The position numbers were made by a program, and so were the translations under genes. The notes beneath the pieces are model-generated. The model made no database searches. It was not told where the DNA came from and saw only the letters and a list, made by a program, of their open reading frames with translations. A stretch of DNA of 63,841 nt, filler included, from Neolecta irregularis DAH-3 (Eukaryota): NCBI GenBank assembly GCA_001929475.1. It is 7 parts of 7 records of this genome, joined end to end, with 100 filler letters (N's around TTAATTAATTAA, not from the genome) between each part and the next. Parts side by side here need not be neighbours in the genome. Positions count along the whole stretch, not along the records: positions 14,372 to 29,711 come from LXFE01000448.1; 6 more parts are not named here. One strand, given 5' to 3'. Shown piece after piece: positions 14,272-27,350 of the stretch. Numbering within the stretch: position 1 is the stretch's first letter; every line of letters begins with the position of its first letter.

Positions 14272-14371
14272 NNNNNNNNNNNNNNNNNNNNNNNNNNNNN
14301 NNNNNNNNNNNNNNNTTAATTAATTAANNNNNNNNNNNNNNNNNNNNNNNNNNNNNNNNNNNNNNNNNNNN
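14272..14371. other. Artificial scaffold linker (N-TTAATTAATTAA-N)
   Basis: 100-nt block with all-frame stop motif, repeated identically six times in the window. Confidence 0.98.
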
Positions 14372-14439
14372 ACAAGTAAGCAAGTAAATTAACAAGTAAG
14401 CAAGTCTTGATATCCAAAATGAGCAAGTAAGCAAGTCTG
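14372..14439. mobile_element. Right end of a TIR element with CAAGTAAGCAAGT subterminal repeats
   Basis: Three CAAGTAAGCAAGT copies ending AGCAAGTCTG, the reverse complement of CAGACTTGCT at 29646. Confidence 0.6.
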
Positions 14440-14765
14440 ATCATTACCTCTCGACGTTCCCACTTCACTGAATCCAAGAATGTGTTGCTAGATAATATTT
14501 TCTCTTGGATGAACTCAACACAAAACTAGGCTGGTTAACTTATATCTGAAGGACGGATCCGTAAGGATACAATTTAAGAGCGTGGAGACTTTTGCCAACC
14601 ATAGAACCCGATCAATTTTGCATTCATGAGTTATGGGATACATTTTCTGCCTATGGAAAGCCCTTTTTCATTGCACTTTAACAATGGAGAATACAAGTTG
14701 ATCATCGAAATTTATTTTAATGTGGAGTCATGACGAGATTACCAAACTAACCTTCTCCAGCCCAA

Positions 14766-15503
14766 ATGTTTTCATGGATGTCACCTCAAGCCGCCGCTTC
14801 TCTGCCTAGACATGAATCTAACTCCCCACTTCCCTCCTTGTCGCCACTCACACTGTCTTCTCCCAATCCGAAAGCTGATATACTACCACGTGTGCTAGCA
14901 GAAGAATTGCGAAATTTATTACCAGCTAGGCTACAGTTGCAGGATACCTGGGAACTAATCTACTCTCTCGATTTACACGGTGTTAGCTTGCGGACCTTGT
15001 ACGATAAGTGCCAACCATTCGGTGGTAGACGAAGTGGATTTCTTCTAGTTGTCAAAAATCTGGATGGAGAAGTATTGGCCCCTGTTAACAAATCTTGATG
15101 TGATTAGATATTCGGAGCCTTCTCAAACGAGAGGTTCAAACCCTTTCCTCACTATTTTGGGAACGGTGAATGGTTTCAGCTCTTATCGGCTTATCTTAAC
15201 CTTGCAGTTTTCTATGGAAAACAATCTTTCAAGGATCTGATCTTCATCGGTTTGAAGCTTTCCCATATGCTGGACGGAACGAATATATGGTATTCTGTGA
15301 GCATTCTTTCTTGAGCGTTGGTGGAGGGTTTGGATTTCTTTTGCCGTTTGATCTGATAATATAGTGAGGGGCGTTACGGACTATGGCTTGATGACTCTCT
15401 GCGATATGGTGTTACTGAGAAGTGTCCCGCATTTGGCAACGAAGAACTATCTTCGAGTCATAAATTTTATATTGCCGGTGTTGAGGTTTGGGGGATCCAA
15501 TAA
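14766..15503 (+). CDS. OXR1: Oxidation resistance protein 1 (TLDc domain)
   Basis: LPARLQLQDTWELIYSLDLHGVSLRTLY, IFGAFSNE, YFGNGE, LSVGGG, GRYGLWLDDSL, FGNEELS, VEVWGI*. Confidence 0.88.
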
Positions 15504-15697
15504 TTTGGTGATTTAAATTTTGTCTTATATAGAAGGTTGAAATCTTGGAGTTCTTGGTTTCCAGTTGGGGTTTCTTGGTAAGATGACATGTAGTATTTAT
15601 TTTATATGGGATAAATACTTAGACTATACCTTCAAAAGTGACATAGTGATATAGTTTTTGGTATAATATGTGGAAAGGCCGAGATTTATGAGTGCTG

Positions 15698-16261
15698 TTA
15701 GCCCTTCCTCACAGTCCAGTGTTCCGCATCAATAACCTTGCCCTCTCGTCTATGATCAGTGCTGAATCTGGTCCCATCCAGAAGCCTCACATCGAGACGA
15801 ATATTTTTTCCACCATCCTCTACAGCCCGAACCTCGCCAATCGCTTTCCCGTCTCTGATAATCAAGAACTCTACGACTATGACTTCTTTTCGCAAGTTAC
15901 CTACTTCGAAAATCTCAGTGTTCAGTGTTTTGACATCTGAGAAAGTAACACTGCGAAGCCGCAAGTCGTGGGATAGCATATCAATCGCATGATGTCGTAA
16001 CTCTCTCGCCCTTTTTGAAAATCCTTTCGTGCCGAGCATACTTGGAAATAGCACATCCACGAAACTTGCACGGGAGCCAGGGCTAGGACGGATGATAAGA
16101 CGGTATATTGTCCATGCAATAGCTCCCAAAATTGTAAATGTGAAGAGAAACGGAAAAATGATGACGACAGTTGTTAGTAGCCCCGTACAGACGAGTGTTC
16201 GGAAAAAGGGTGATGCGATAACTTGATCTAATTTGGGGCGAGAAGAATTTGTTCGAAACAC
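15698..16261 (-). CDS. Hypothetical membrane protein (5' exons unresolved)
   Basis: 187-aa ORF with a hydrophobic hairpin (TLVCTGLLTTVVIIFPFLFTFTILGAIAW) and C-terminal VIDAEH; probable upstream intron near 16291-16325. Confidence 0.55.
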   Translation of the reverse strand: MFRTNSSRPKLDQVIASPFFRTLVCTGLLTTVVIIFPFLFTFTILGAIAWTIYRLIIRPSPGSRASFVDVLFPSMLGTKGFSKRARELRHHAIDMLSHDLRLRSVTFSDVKTLNTEIFEVGNLRKEVIVVEFLIIRDGKAIGEVRAVEDGGKNIRLDVRLLDGTRFSTDHRREGKVIDAEHWTVRKG

Positions 16262-17246
16262 AACTGACTGATGGAATGGTTGGATACGACCTATGGTTAA
16301 CGGGAAATTTTAGCATCCAAACGTACAAGATGTCGTCGCCCAAAGTATTTTACAGTTTGGAATGATGATCTGTGGATTTCTCGATAGATTCTGTAGTAGT
16401 CTCGGGACTGGTTTTGTTGATGCTCTTACTATATTCATGATCGTTTCGAGGTTTGAGGGCGGTGTTCTTCCCGGTGGTGCTCAAAAATACACAACAAAAG
16501 TTCTTTGGCTTTTAAAATCCATGCAAGATTTCTAGGAGATCCTTCGAACAAATGTGTCTAGATATATGTTTATTTTGTGGTAATAGGCTATTATGAAAAA
16601 TTCCTCATGGTGGCGTTGTCAAGGCTAAACAAGGTTAGCATTTATTGCGTTTTAGTACGATAGGTTCAAAAACCAGATTACGTGCCTGGATTTGGTGCTT
16701 CCAGTGACGACTTATGGCAGATAGCTAGCTGCTCAGGATTCGTCACTTAGCGTAACAGTAACTACTTAGATTGACTACCAAGTTGAAGTCTAGTCTGATA
16801 ATCAGGCTACATGCTACTGATAACAAAACTACGCATTGCCAACTACTGCCATTCGTATGTCTGCCTCTCCTCTTATATACTCGGTGGCGATTCCTGTGAT
16901 TGCGCATCATAGGGCTGATCTTGCCACTAGCTTCCCCACACCCTATTCTACTTGGAGATATCCCACGGTTTGAATGTGGTGGTGGGGTGCTGACGGCTCT
17001 TGTTCTCGATAGGTTGGAGAACTCTTGAGTCCCCACAATTTTCCAATGCTGGAGTAGAAATGAAAACTATGCTTTTTACAGGTTTCATACTAAATAATAA
17101 AGCTCTTATAGCTATACATAACATCCATTCTTTGATTTGATACTGCTTTCCCTCAAATATTTCGAAGCGAAAAAAAGAGTAGTAATGATCACGCAAATAT
17201 CTCGCCGCGTCATCGTAGTCATATCAACTTCAAAACTCTTTCGTCC

Positions 17247-18091
17247 ATGTCACAACTGGAAACACATCTAAAGTTGCTCCGCCAATGCTTCCAGAAACCG
17301 GATTACAATTCCTGTTTACACACTCTGCAGTTAATTAAATTACACTTGACCTTGACAAACACCCTCCTGCCCGCAACATCAACTTCGTCACAAATTCTCA
17401 TCCAAGTTCGCGAATTCCTCGAGATTGGAGCATATACATCCCTACGGTTAAATGACCTGGATGCGTTCACTAGATATTACTCAAATTTGGAAGAATACTA
17501 TGTCATCCCAGATTTACCAAAATCTGCAAACGAATATCCCTTGCGAGGACTGAGCTTACTCAGACTTCTCAGCGAAAATAGAATTGCCGAATTTCATGTT
17601 GCATTGGAAAAATTGGTAGATGTTGAGCAAAATCAATTTGTTCAGTATCCGGTGATGTTAGAACGTTGGATTATGGAAGGGAGTTATGATAAAGTATGGC
17701 AGGAACAACAAGCTCTTCCCTCAAAGGACTACGAAGTTTTTCTAGTTGTTTTATTAGAGACAATTCGGTGTCTATCATCCCTCAATCTGTAGCTAATCTG
17801 TAGAGAGGAAATTGCAAGTGGACTAGAAGTTAGCTACGACCGGCTTACTATTGCTGGAATTTCTCAATTACTATTCATCCAAGATCAGAGGGAAACTATT
17901 GAATTTATCAAGATTGTATGCGTGGGAAAAACTCGGATTGTATGCTAATCTTCTAGAAAGGATGGACGATTAGTCCAAACGGACTAGTAGAATTCAAAAA
18001 GTCAACTGGTGAAGTTGAACAGGTTGGAAACATGGAGCATATGATTCAACAGACACTTGGATATGCAAGAGAATTAGAGCAGATTGTCTAA
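17247..18091 (+). CDS. RPN12: 26S proteasome lid subunit Rpn12
   Basis: REFLEIGAY, LLRLLSENRIAEFHVALE, YPVMLERWIMEGSYDKVW, ETIR|EEIA, TLGYARELEQIV*. Confidence 0.95.
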
Positions 18092-18662
18092 GCACATCCC
18101 TATCCTTGTTACATGGTTTCCGACTATGTTTCTTTCGCAGCCCGCCTCTTCTTGGAAACCCGACAGGGTGTTTCCACTGAATGTAAGACTAGATGATAAG
18201 ACTTCATGTCATAGTGCAAGATTTGATACAAGTATCGTGAGATTAAAGGTATTTAACAAGTTAGATTCGCAGTCTGCCTACAATTCTGCCTCGGGTTGAA
18301 AATATCTCGTTCCTATAACCCCTTGTATTTAACCATATCCAGGATATACTACGGCCCAGTTCGAGTTGATGTTGCAATCATCTCTCGGGCTAGTAAAGAG
18401 CTACTTGTCCCCATTTCCCATTCTCAAAGCTTTGTAGTCAGCGTGTCCAACCGCCCCCAAAAACCCGCCGCCTGCGGCAGGAATTGCCAATTTACAGAAT
18501 CTGATAACACTTCAAACTTCAAGTTTGCAATCCCGCATTCATGAATTATAAAAGCATACACATATTGTGAGTATCAACCCTCCGTGTTTCGTACTCCGCT
18601 GAGTCTTAAGGTCGTATTGTAACGTGTTGAACTCTTGTGTACAAATAAGACTTCGTTATATT

Positions 18663-18730
18663 CCTTAATCTAAGCTTGTAGACTTTATGAGCCTCGCATA
18701 CCTTAATTTAAGCTTGTAGACTTTATGAGC
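18663..18730. repeat. Short direct duplication (two 30-bp copies, period 38)
   Basis: CCTTAAT(C/T)TAAGCTTGTAGACTTTATGAGC at 18663 and 18701. Confidence 0.85.
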
Positions 18731-19488
18731 TTAGGTTAATGTATGCCCGCTAAGTCTTTGTATACTTTCTAAATATAATTGCCGTTGTTTCTTTTCCGCC
18801 ACTTGCTTCATTGGTAAGATATATCCGGTAATACCCCGGATATATCCTTACACGTATAGTAGTCGAGGGGTCGTTAATAGTAATTGCCATTCGTATTAAT
18901 ATACCGTGTTAAGCCTGATGCGCTTGCCGCGCCAGGCTCTATTTATATAACCGTCCTTGCGCGTCTTCTTTGGCGTCTGCCCTCCCGGATCAGGATCTTT
19001 GTCCACATCCAGGTCAGGTCTCCCTGATTGGGAGAACACCAATAGCTCATTGCGCCCTCCAGGCTGGATCCTGCCTGTACCGTCGTGTGGGGGCGGGACT
19101 TGATAGTCCCCACACATATGCTTATACTTGACACCAGTTTTTACAATGTACTATGCCTTACACTTTATCCCTCTGTTCCTTCTATCCGACCTGCCAACCC
19201 GCCATCCCGCCCGCCAGAGCACTCTCCGGCAGGGGGGCGGTTCAGACCTCTTCAGCAGCCCGCCGGATTTGGGCACACTGTTTGTAATGACATTGCCACA
19301 GTCCCACTGAAGGATTTCTATATTTGAATACACAAATGTACACAGTATATGCAATCTACAGACTAAAAAAATACGTAACGGAGAAATGTCACGTATCAAC
19401 AAAGTCCGCCCCAATCAGCGTATTCCCCCGACATCACCCGCACATTTTCCCAACCTCTGATTCCCACATCTGTCTTGGTCTTGCTGTA

Positions 19489-22400
19489 ATGTTGACTGGA
19501 GTAGTCTCGCCGAGATCAGAAGCCCAGCCAAGGCCAGTTACGCTTACCTATGGATCACTGGAGCATACTCTGCTGATTCCTTCCTCCATTTATCTGCTCA
19601 CAACTCAACTGCGAGACGAATTTCAATCCAGCCTTTTACCTTCAAAGGGAGAACACAGTGAAGAAAGAGAACCGTCAAGTCCTGCAGAGCTAGTATCGAG
19701 ATTTCTTGAATTTATTTCGGAAAAGGAAGACGTCGAGGATGTTGTCAAATTCGTTCTTGGTGATTTTGAAGGGCGATTTCTTAGAGGAAATGAGGTTCAT
19801 GCTGTTGCCAGGAACATAGAGGGAGATTCTCGGAAGAGAAAAGGTACCTTCTATCTTTTCTTTTTTTTCCTCCTTTCTTCCTTTTATCAAACTTGTGCGA
19901 TACCTATATGCATATATTCTGCTAGATTGATAGACGTCTTTGATTGCAGATGGTACTCCTTCGCATGTAAAAGAATCAAGATTTTCTCCTTTTTACCTTT
20001 TATTATACACATCACTTGGAGCAGACTAATAGATCAGGCATAATTCGTGCATACTATACTGCACGTCACATATCAGGAAGACCTATTAGATCCCATAGCA
20101 GCACCCTCATGGACAGCGTGACAAATTCTGTCTCCAAAATTTATGCAATCTTTGGTGGTCAGGGTAGTTCCGAAGAATATTTTGACGAGCTACGAGAGAT
20201 CATGGACGTATACAATCCTTTTGTCAGTGAATTTATCGAAACTATGTCGGATTTGCTCCATCAACTTGCGAAGTTCGAGGGAACTGTTTATCCCAAGGGT
20301 ATTGACGTGATGAGATGGTTAAGGATCCCGGATATGACTCCGGACCTTGAATATATGATCTCTGCACCGGTCAGTTTTCCGGTTATCGGAATTATTCAAC
20401 TCGCGCACTATCTGGTGGTTTGTTCAGTCCTCGGAAAAGAACCGCATGATCTTCGGGACCTTATATCAGGTATATTTTCTCCCAGAATATTCTTTGATGT
20501 TGCAGGCACAACCGGTCACAGTCAAGGTATTGTCACTGCTGTTGCCATTGCTGCCAGTACGACCAAAGAATCGTTTTACTTGAATGCAAAGAAAGCCATT
20601 ACCTTACTTTTCTTCATTGGCTGTCGTTCTCAGCAGATCTTCCCTCGAACTACACTTCCACCCAGTATGCTGCAGGATTCGCTAGCTGCAGGCGAGGGGA
20701 ATCCAACTCCAATGTTGAGTATTCGAGACCTTACAATTGACGAAGTAAAACAACATGTGGAGGCAACAAATAAGCATCTCCCTGAAGATCGTCAGGTTTT
20801 ATTCGCATTAGTTAATGGCCCTCGGAACTTTGTTATCGCTGGACCTCCACAGAGCTTGTGCGGTCTCAATTTGACCCTTCGAAAAGTTAAAGCTCAAAGT
20901 GGTCTAGAACAAGGCCGTGTCCCTCATTCTGAGCGAAAAATAAAGTTTACCAATCGATTCCTCCCGATTACTTGTCCATTCCATTCGAATTATCTTGAGG
21001 GTGCCGCAGAAACAATCCTTCGAGACGTTCAAGACATCTCTTGGACTGGTAAAGAACTCGGAATACCTGTTTATGCAACGGACAATGGCTCCGACTTGCG
21101 AGAGAGTAAATCACTCATCAAGAGCCTTATCGATATGATTCTTCATCTCCCCGTCAAATGGGAACCAAATCCTTTCGAAGGCGCAACTCATATTGTTGAT
21201 TTTGGTCCCGGAGGAGTCAGCGGCCTTGGCGCTCTCACTCATAGGAACAAGGATGGGACTGGTGTTCGGATTATTCTCGCTGGAACAGTGGAGGGAATCA
21301 ATACGGAACTGGGATACAAATCCGAGCTATTCGATCGAGAAGAAGGAAGCGTTCAGTTTGCTATCAACTGGGTCCAGAAATTCTCCCCGCGACTCGTAAA
21401 GAATTCGAACGGGACTATCTTTGTCGATACCCTGTTCTCAAGACTCATCGGAAAAGCGCCCTTGATGGTCGCTGGAATGACCCCATCGACTGTAAGCTGG
21501 GAATTTGTTGCTGCAACCATGAATGCTGGATACCATATTGAGCTTGCAGGGGGCGGTTACTATTCTCCGTCTGCAATGCGAGCTGCTATTCGAAAAATTG
21601 AAGAAGCTACAACTCCTGGATGTGGTATCACTGTCAACGTTATTTACATCAATCCGCGGACATATCAATGGCAGATGGATCTAATCAAACAGCTCCGTGA
21701 AGAAGGCAGCCCGATAGAAGGAGTTACAATTGGGGCTGGCATTCCTAGTCTCGAAATCGCTAGCGAAGTTATTCAAAACATGGGTTTGAAATATGTTGGA
21801 TTCAAACCCGGCTCGATGGAGGGCATTCATCAAGTGGTTGCAATTGCTAAAGCAAACCCCGAGTTTAAAATCATTGTTCAGTGGACAGGCGGTCGAGCTG
21901 GAGGCCATCATTCGTTCGAAGATTTCCATGCCCCAATTTTACAGATGTACAGTGTCATTCGAAGGTGTCCCAATGTTGTTCTTATTGCCGGCAGTGGATT
22001 CGGAGGTGCAGAGGATACTGAACCATATCTTACTGGAAATTGGGCTTTGAAGTATAATCAGGCGCCCATGCCATTCGACGGCATTCTTTTCGGGTCACGA
22101 ATGATGACAGCTCTGGAGAACAAGACCTCTCTCAGTGCAAAACAAGCAATTGTCGATGCACCCGGCCTCGACGATAAAGATTGGGAGAAAACTTATCAAG
22201 GTGCTGCTGGTGGTGTGGTGACTGTTAAAAGCGAGCTTGGCGAACCAATTCATAAACTAGCTACCCGTGGCGTTCTTTTATGGAGAGAATTAGATGACCG
22301 ACTTTTCAGTCTTCCGAAACCGAAAAGAGTTGTTTGGTTAAAAGAGAAAAGAGATTATCTTATTGAGCGGCTCAATGCCGATTTCCAAAAGGCACAAGCC

Positions 22401-25400
22401 CCACTGGAAGTTACTTATCTTTAGGTATGGTTTGGAAGAAATTCGAAGGGCGAAGCTGTTGATCTCGAAGACATGGCATACGCCGAAGTCATTCGACGGA
22501 TGGTCGAATTAATGTATATCAAACATGAATGTCGATGGATACATAATTCTCATCGAAACCTTCTCGGAGATTTCATTCGACGAGTCGAAGAACGATTTAC
22601 CAGGGAAACAGGTAAATTCTCTCTTCTCCAGAATTATTCCGAACTTGATTCTCCATTTGAAAGAGTTGACTTTATTTTATCAAATTATTTGGAAGCGGAA
22701 GAACAACTTATGAATACACAAGATTGTCAATACTTCCTCACGATTTGTCAACGACAAGGTCAAAAGCCGGTCCCATTTATACCGGTTCTCAATGTAGACA
22801 TTGAGACTTGGTTTAAAAAGGATTCGTTGTGGCAATCAGAAGACCTTGCTGCTGTTGTCGATCAAGATGTTGGGCGGACCTGTATTTTACAGGGACCAAT
22901 GGCTGCGAGGCATTCGACCAAGGTTAATCAGCCCATCAAAGAAATACTCGATGACATTCATGGCGCTCATATCAAGAGTATAAAGAAACTTTATTATGGC
23001 AACGACGACTCACAAGTCCCTACAATAGAATATTTTGGCGGCCCAGATATTGTCAAAACTGATGAAGATGGAGATGGATTTGTCCTAACTAAAGAAGGGG
23101 ATAAAGTCACTTATAAAGTCGTTCAGCAAATTGGTAATGTGGTCTTGCCTAATTCTGAGGGATGGATTCAACTCCTAGCTGGTTTTCAGTATTCTTGGCG
23201 AAGGGCTTTATTTACTTCTGACGTCATCGTTCAAGGAAAAAGATTTCTCGCTAATCCACTTCATCGATTATTTACACCTCGATATGGTCAAATCGTTGAA
23301 GTTTCATATCCAAATGATAATGAAAAGACAGTCATCTCGGTTTTTGAACGGAGAAATGCAGAAATGGTGCCAGCCATCGAGGTTCGCAAGCAAGGAAGCG
23401 AGATACAAGTCATTATTTTTGAGAATCGAAATGCGAAGAAAGAAGTTCTCGGCATGAAGCTGTTATTCACTTATCATCCTGAAACTGGATATGCTCCGGT
23501 TCGAGAAGTAATGAATGGTCGGAATGATCGAATTAAGGAGTTTTACTATCGACTTTGGTTCGGGGATGATCCTTATTCTTTGAGTGCTAAAGTTACCGAC
23601 GTTTTTGAAGGCGGGAAGACAGTTGTTCGGGCTAAAGATATTGCTGCATTCTGTCATGCTGTTGGGAATCAATCAGAGGCATTTGTCAGACGAGAACACA
23701 AGGTTCCAATGGCGCCGATGGATTTTGCGATCGTTGTTGGGTGGAAGGCTATCATCAAAGCTCTTTTCCCAAAAGATATTGATGGGGACCTTTTGAAACT
23801 CGTTCATTTGTCGAATGCATTCCGGATGATTACAGGGGCTCGGCCACTACAAGAGGGCGATGAAGTGGAGACTACTGCACAGATAAATGCTGTAGTCAAT
23901 ACTGAATCAGGGAAGATGGTGGAGGTTCGTGGGACCATTGTGAGAGCAGGAAGACCAGTTATGGAAGTTACTAGTCAGTTCCTTTATCGAGGTGTATTCA
24001 GCGACTTTGAGAATACTTTTCAACGAACAGTTGAAACGCCAATGCAACTTCATCTGAAGACTTCTAAAGATGTTGCTATTCTAAGGTCGAAAGAATGGCT
24101 CCATCTCATGGATCCAGATACAGAACTTCTCGACCGGACGCTGATATTTCGTTTATATAGCACTACACGATATAAAGACAGGAAAATATTCAGTAGTGTC
24201 GAAACAACGGGCTCGGTCAATGTTGAACTACCCACGAAAGAAATCATTCAAGTCGCTTCAGTCGATTATATAGCTGGGACATCCCATGGCAACCCCGTCA
24301 CTGACTATCTGCAGCGGAATGGAACACCAATTGAACAGCCCATGGCATTTGATAACTCCTACTCTATGATGCCTGATCCTACGATCTTCAGTTCTGTTTC
24401 AGTTGCACCGCATCATAACACTTCCTATGCCGAAATCTCGTCTGATTATAACCCGATTCATGTCAACCCATACTTCGCTAGCTACGCCTCACTTCCTGGC
24501 ACTATCACACACGGAATGTGGACGTCTGCAGCCACTCGAAAGTTCGTTGAAGTCTTTGCTGCTGAGAACCGACCTGAAAGGGTGACAACTTTTGACGTTA
24601 AATTCCTAAACATGGTTTTGCCGAATACGAAGCTTGAGACAAAGTTAAGCCACTTGGGAATGGTTAATGGGAAGAAGATTGTTAAAGTTGAGACTTTCGA
24701 TCAAGAAACCTCGTCTAAGGTCCTTGAAGGAACTGCTGAGATTGACCAACCGCTTAGTGCGTATGTCTTTACTGGTCAAGGAAGCCAAGAACAAGGTAAC
24801 TCTTCTTTAATACAGAGCCTTACATTCAGGGATGGGTATGGATTTGTATGCTTCATCAACCGTTGCCCAAGCTATCTGGGATCGAGCTGATAAACACTTT
24901 CTTCAAAGTTATGGTATTTAACAAAGTCTTGTCACAATAATACTGACTGATATTTAGGATTCTCTATCATCAATATCGTCAAGAACAATCCGAAAGAACT
25001 TACAATTCATTTTGGTGGACCAAAAGGAAAGGCAATACGACAAAACTATCTCTCAATGGTATATGATACAATCGATGCCGATGGAACGATTCGATCTGTT
25101 CCTATTTTCAAGGAAATCAATGAGGATACCACCTCCTACAAATTCAAATCACCGAGCGGATTACTTTCCGCCACGCAGTTTACCCAGCCTGCTCTCACTT
25201 TGATGGAAAAGGCTGCATTCGAAGATATGAAGACCAAGGGGTTGGTTCAACGCGACTGCGCATTTGCGGGGCATTCACTCGGCGAATATTCGGCTTTGGC
25301 TGCTATCGGCGATGTTTTGCCTATAGAAAGGTTTTTCTATCACCTTCGGATATTTGGCGCTGATTAATCAGTCTTGTTGACGTTGTTTTTTACAGAGGAA

Positions 25401-26143
25401 TGACCATGCAAGTTGCTGTTCCCCGTGATTCGAAAGGAAGAAGTGATTATGGGATGTGCGCTGTCAATCCGAGCCGTATCTCATTATGTATGCTTCCTTT
25501 TGATACGGCTTTATTGATGAAAAGCATTCAACGAGTCTGCGCTTCAGTTCGTTATTAATCATATCGCTGCACAGTGTTCATGGCTTCTCGAAATCGTCAA
25601 TTACAATGTCGAAAATCAACAATATGTCACTGCTGGAGAATTAGTAGCTTTGGACTGTCTTGCGAATGTTCTCAATTACCTTAAAGCTCAAAAGATCGAT
25701 ATTGTTAAACTTCGAGTGACTATGAGTATTGAGGATCTCAAGACTCATCTTTCGGACATTGTGGAAGAATGTGCAAAGCAAAGTAATGAGAAGAAAGATC
25801 AAGGCCCAGTTGAACTAGAGAGAGGATATGCTACAATTCCTCTTAAGGGGATTGATGTCCCGTTCCATTCGTGAGTTTCAACATGTTTGGCGTGATATGC
25901 GCTAAGTTATCCAGGTCTTTTCTTCGAAACGGTGTTCGTCCTTTCAGATCATATCTCAGTAAGAAAATCATCAAGTCGCAAGTCAACCCTGGATTACTTC
26001 TCGGTAGGTATATTCCTAATGTCACAGCACAGCCATTCCAAATTACTAGAGAATACATTGAGAATGTCTATAACCTCACAGGAAGTCCGAAATTAGCCAA
26101 TATTTTGAAGGATTGGGAGACACGATACGATCAAGTGACATAA
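19489..26143 (+). CDS. FAS1: Fatty acid synthase subunit beta
   Basis: AIFGGQG, GHSQG (acetyltransferase), [20 protein letters not shown] (enoyl reductase), SSDYNPIH and TITHGMWTS (dehydratase), FTGQGSQ and AGHSLGEY (MPT), GIDVPFHS. Confidence 0.98.
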
Positions 26144-26416
26144 ATCATGACTTGTTATCATCATTTATAGTGATGTGCTTTTAGCTGACTTCTGGTGTTT
26201 GCTGATGATATTTCTTTTGTTTCGTTGCATATATTAGCAGATATTATAGAAGACACTCTTGCAAACTATTTGGATCTACAGGGCATTTGATTCTGGATCT
26301 ATTAGCCAATACGAGATTATATGACCTTCATAAGTCTTCGTTATGTCTGACAATGTGCGGCAATTCTCCCATGTGTTCCCTTATCGATACTGCACGTGTC
26401 AATTCTATCGGCCACA

Positions 26417-26943
26417 ATGTCCACGTCGCCTAAAGACCGAGATTCTCCACTGTTTTTGCCCGATGACTCCTCAAATGACGACGAGCGGCCTCTGTCGAAC
26501 AGTCATAGATCACCGCCATCCAAAAATGCTCCTGGCGGGTCTGAAACCGAAGGTAGCTCGGAGGATAGCACGCAATCGGATGGGGAGTATGTTGTTGGTA
26601 ATTTATCTCCTTTGACTTGCATTCTCAGTTTCTTTTAGAGAAAATACTTGCAAGAGCCCCTGATCCAAATGATCCGGACCAGGAAATGTTTTTGGTCAAG
26701 TGGGAGGGCTATAATTATTACGAATCAACGTGGGAGCCTTTGGAGAATCTCAGACACTCTCAAGCCGCGTTGGACCTGTTCCTGAAGAATGAAGATGATT
26801 TCGACATTGAAGCATTTGAGAAGCAAAAACGGGAATGGCTAAAACATCAGAAAGAAAAGGCAATACAAGAGATGAAACGCGCCAAAGCGCAAGGCACAGT
26901 GTTCAGAGTTCGTCAAGGGATGAGCAATTTGGGAAGGAGGTAG
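26417..26943 (+). CDS. Small chromodomain protein
   Basis: Acidic Ser-rich N-terminus, then EYVV|EKILARA...FLVKWEGYNYYESTWEPLENL (aromatic-cage Y/W/Y present), then a charged helix; one intron. Confidence 0.85.
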
Positions 26944-27350
26944 GCTGTATATTAACCCTGCCCTGATCTGACTCACACAAATTACAAAAATCAAGATATT
27001 CGCTCTGTTTGGTGAAGAACCCTATAACCCGTTGGTTTCTAATGACGCTTTTGTATTCACATTTGGAATGATCATATAATAATATATATGCTAAGATTAG
27101 GTGGTTTTACTAATGTTAAAAACATTATGACGTTGATCTACATATCTGCTTTGTCGTAGTTACAATCGTGATAATTGATGGTCAAAGTTTGAGCATACGC
27201 AACTGATGTTATTTCTCAAATTATCTCCGAAGATATTATACATTTCTCTTTGTCCCACACATCATCACATGTTGCTTCTGTTCATTATTCAATGACTTTC
27301 TTTCTTTTTGTATATTATCTGATCACCCGCCCTGGTTCAGAGCTTTTTGT

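Noticed and set aside
14272-14371. TTAATTAATTAA palindrome recurring six times, and ORFs ending in X...LIN
   Set aside because: Artificial concatenation linker inside N runs, not biology.
14372-14440. CRISPR-like repeat-spacer pattern
   Set aside because: Only three 13-bp units with irregular short spacers, eukaryotic context, no cas genes.
19080-19300. PPT-plus-LTR or Helitron 3' hairpin reading of the 19.1/59.6 kb repeat
   Set aside because: Homology does not extend into a shared LTR and there is no consistent CTRR terminus; the in-frame indel favours a coding origin.
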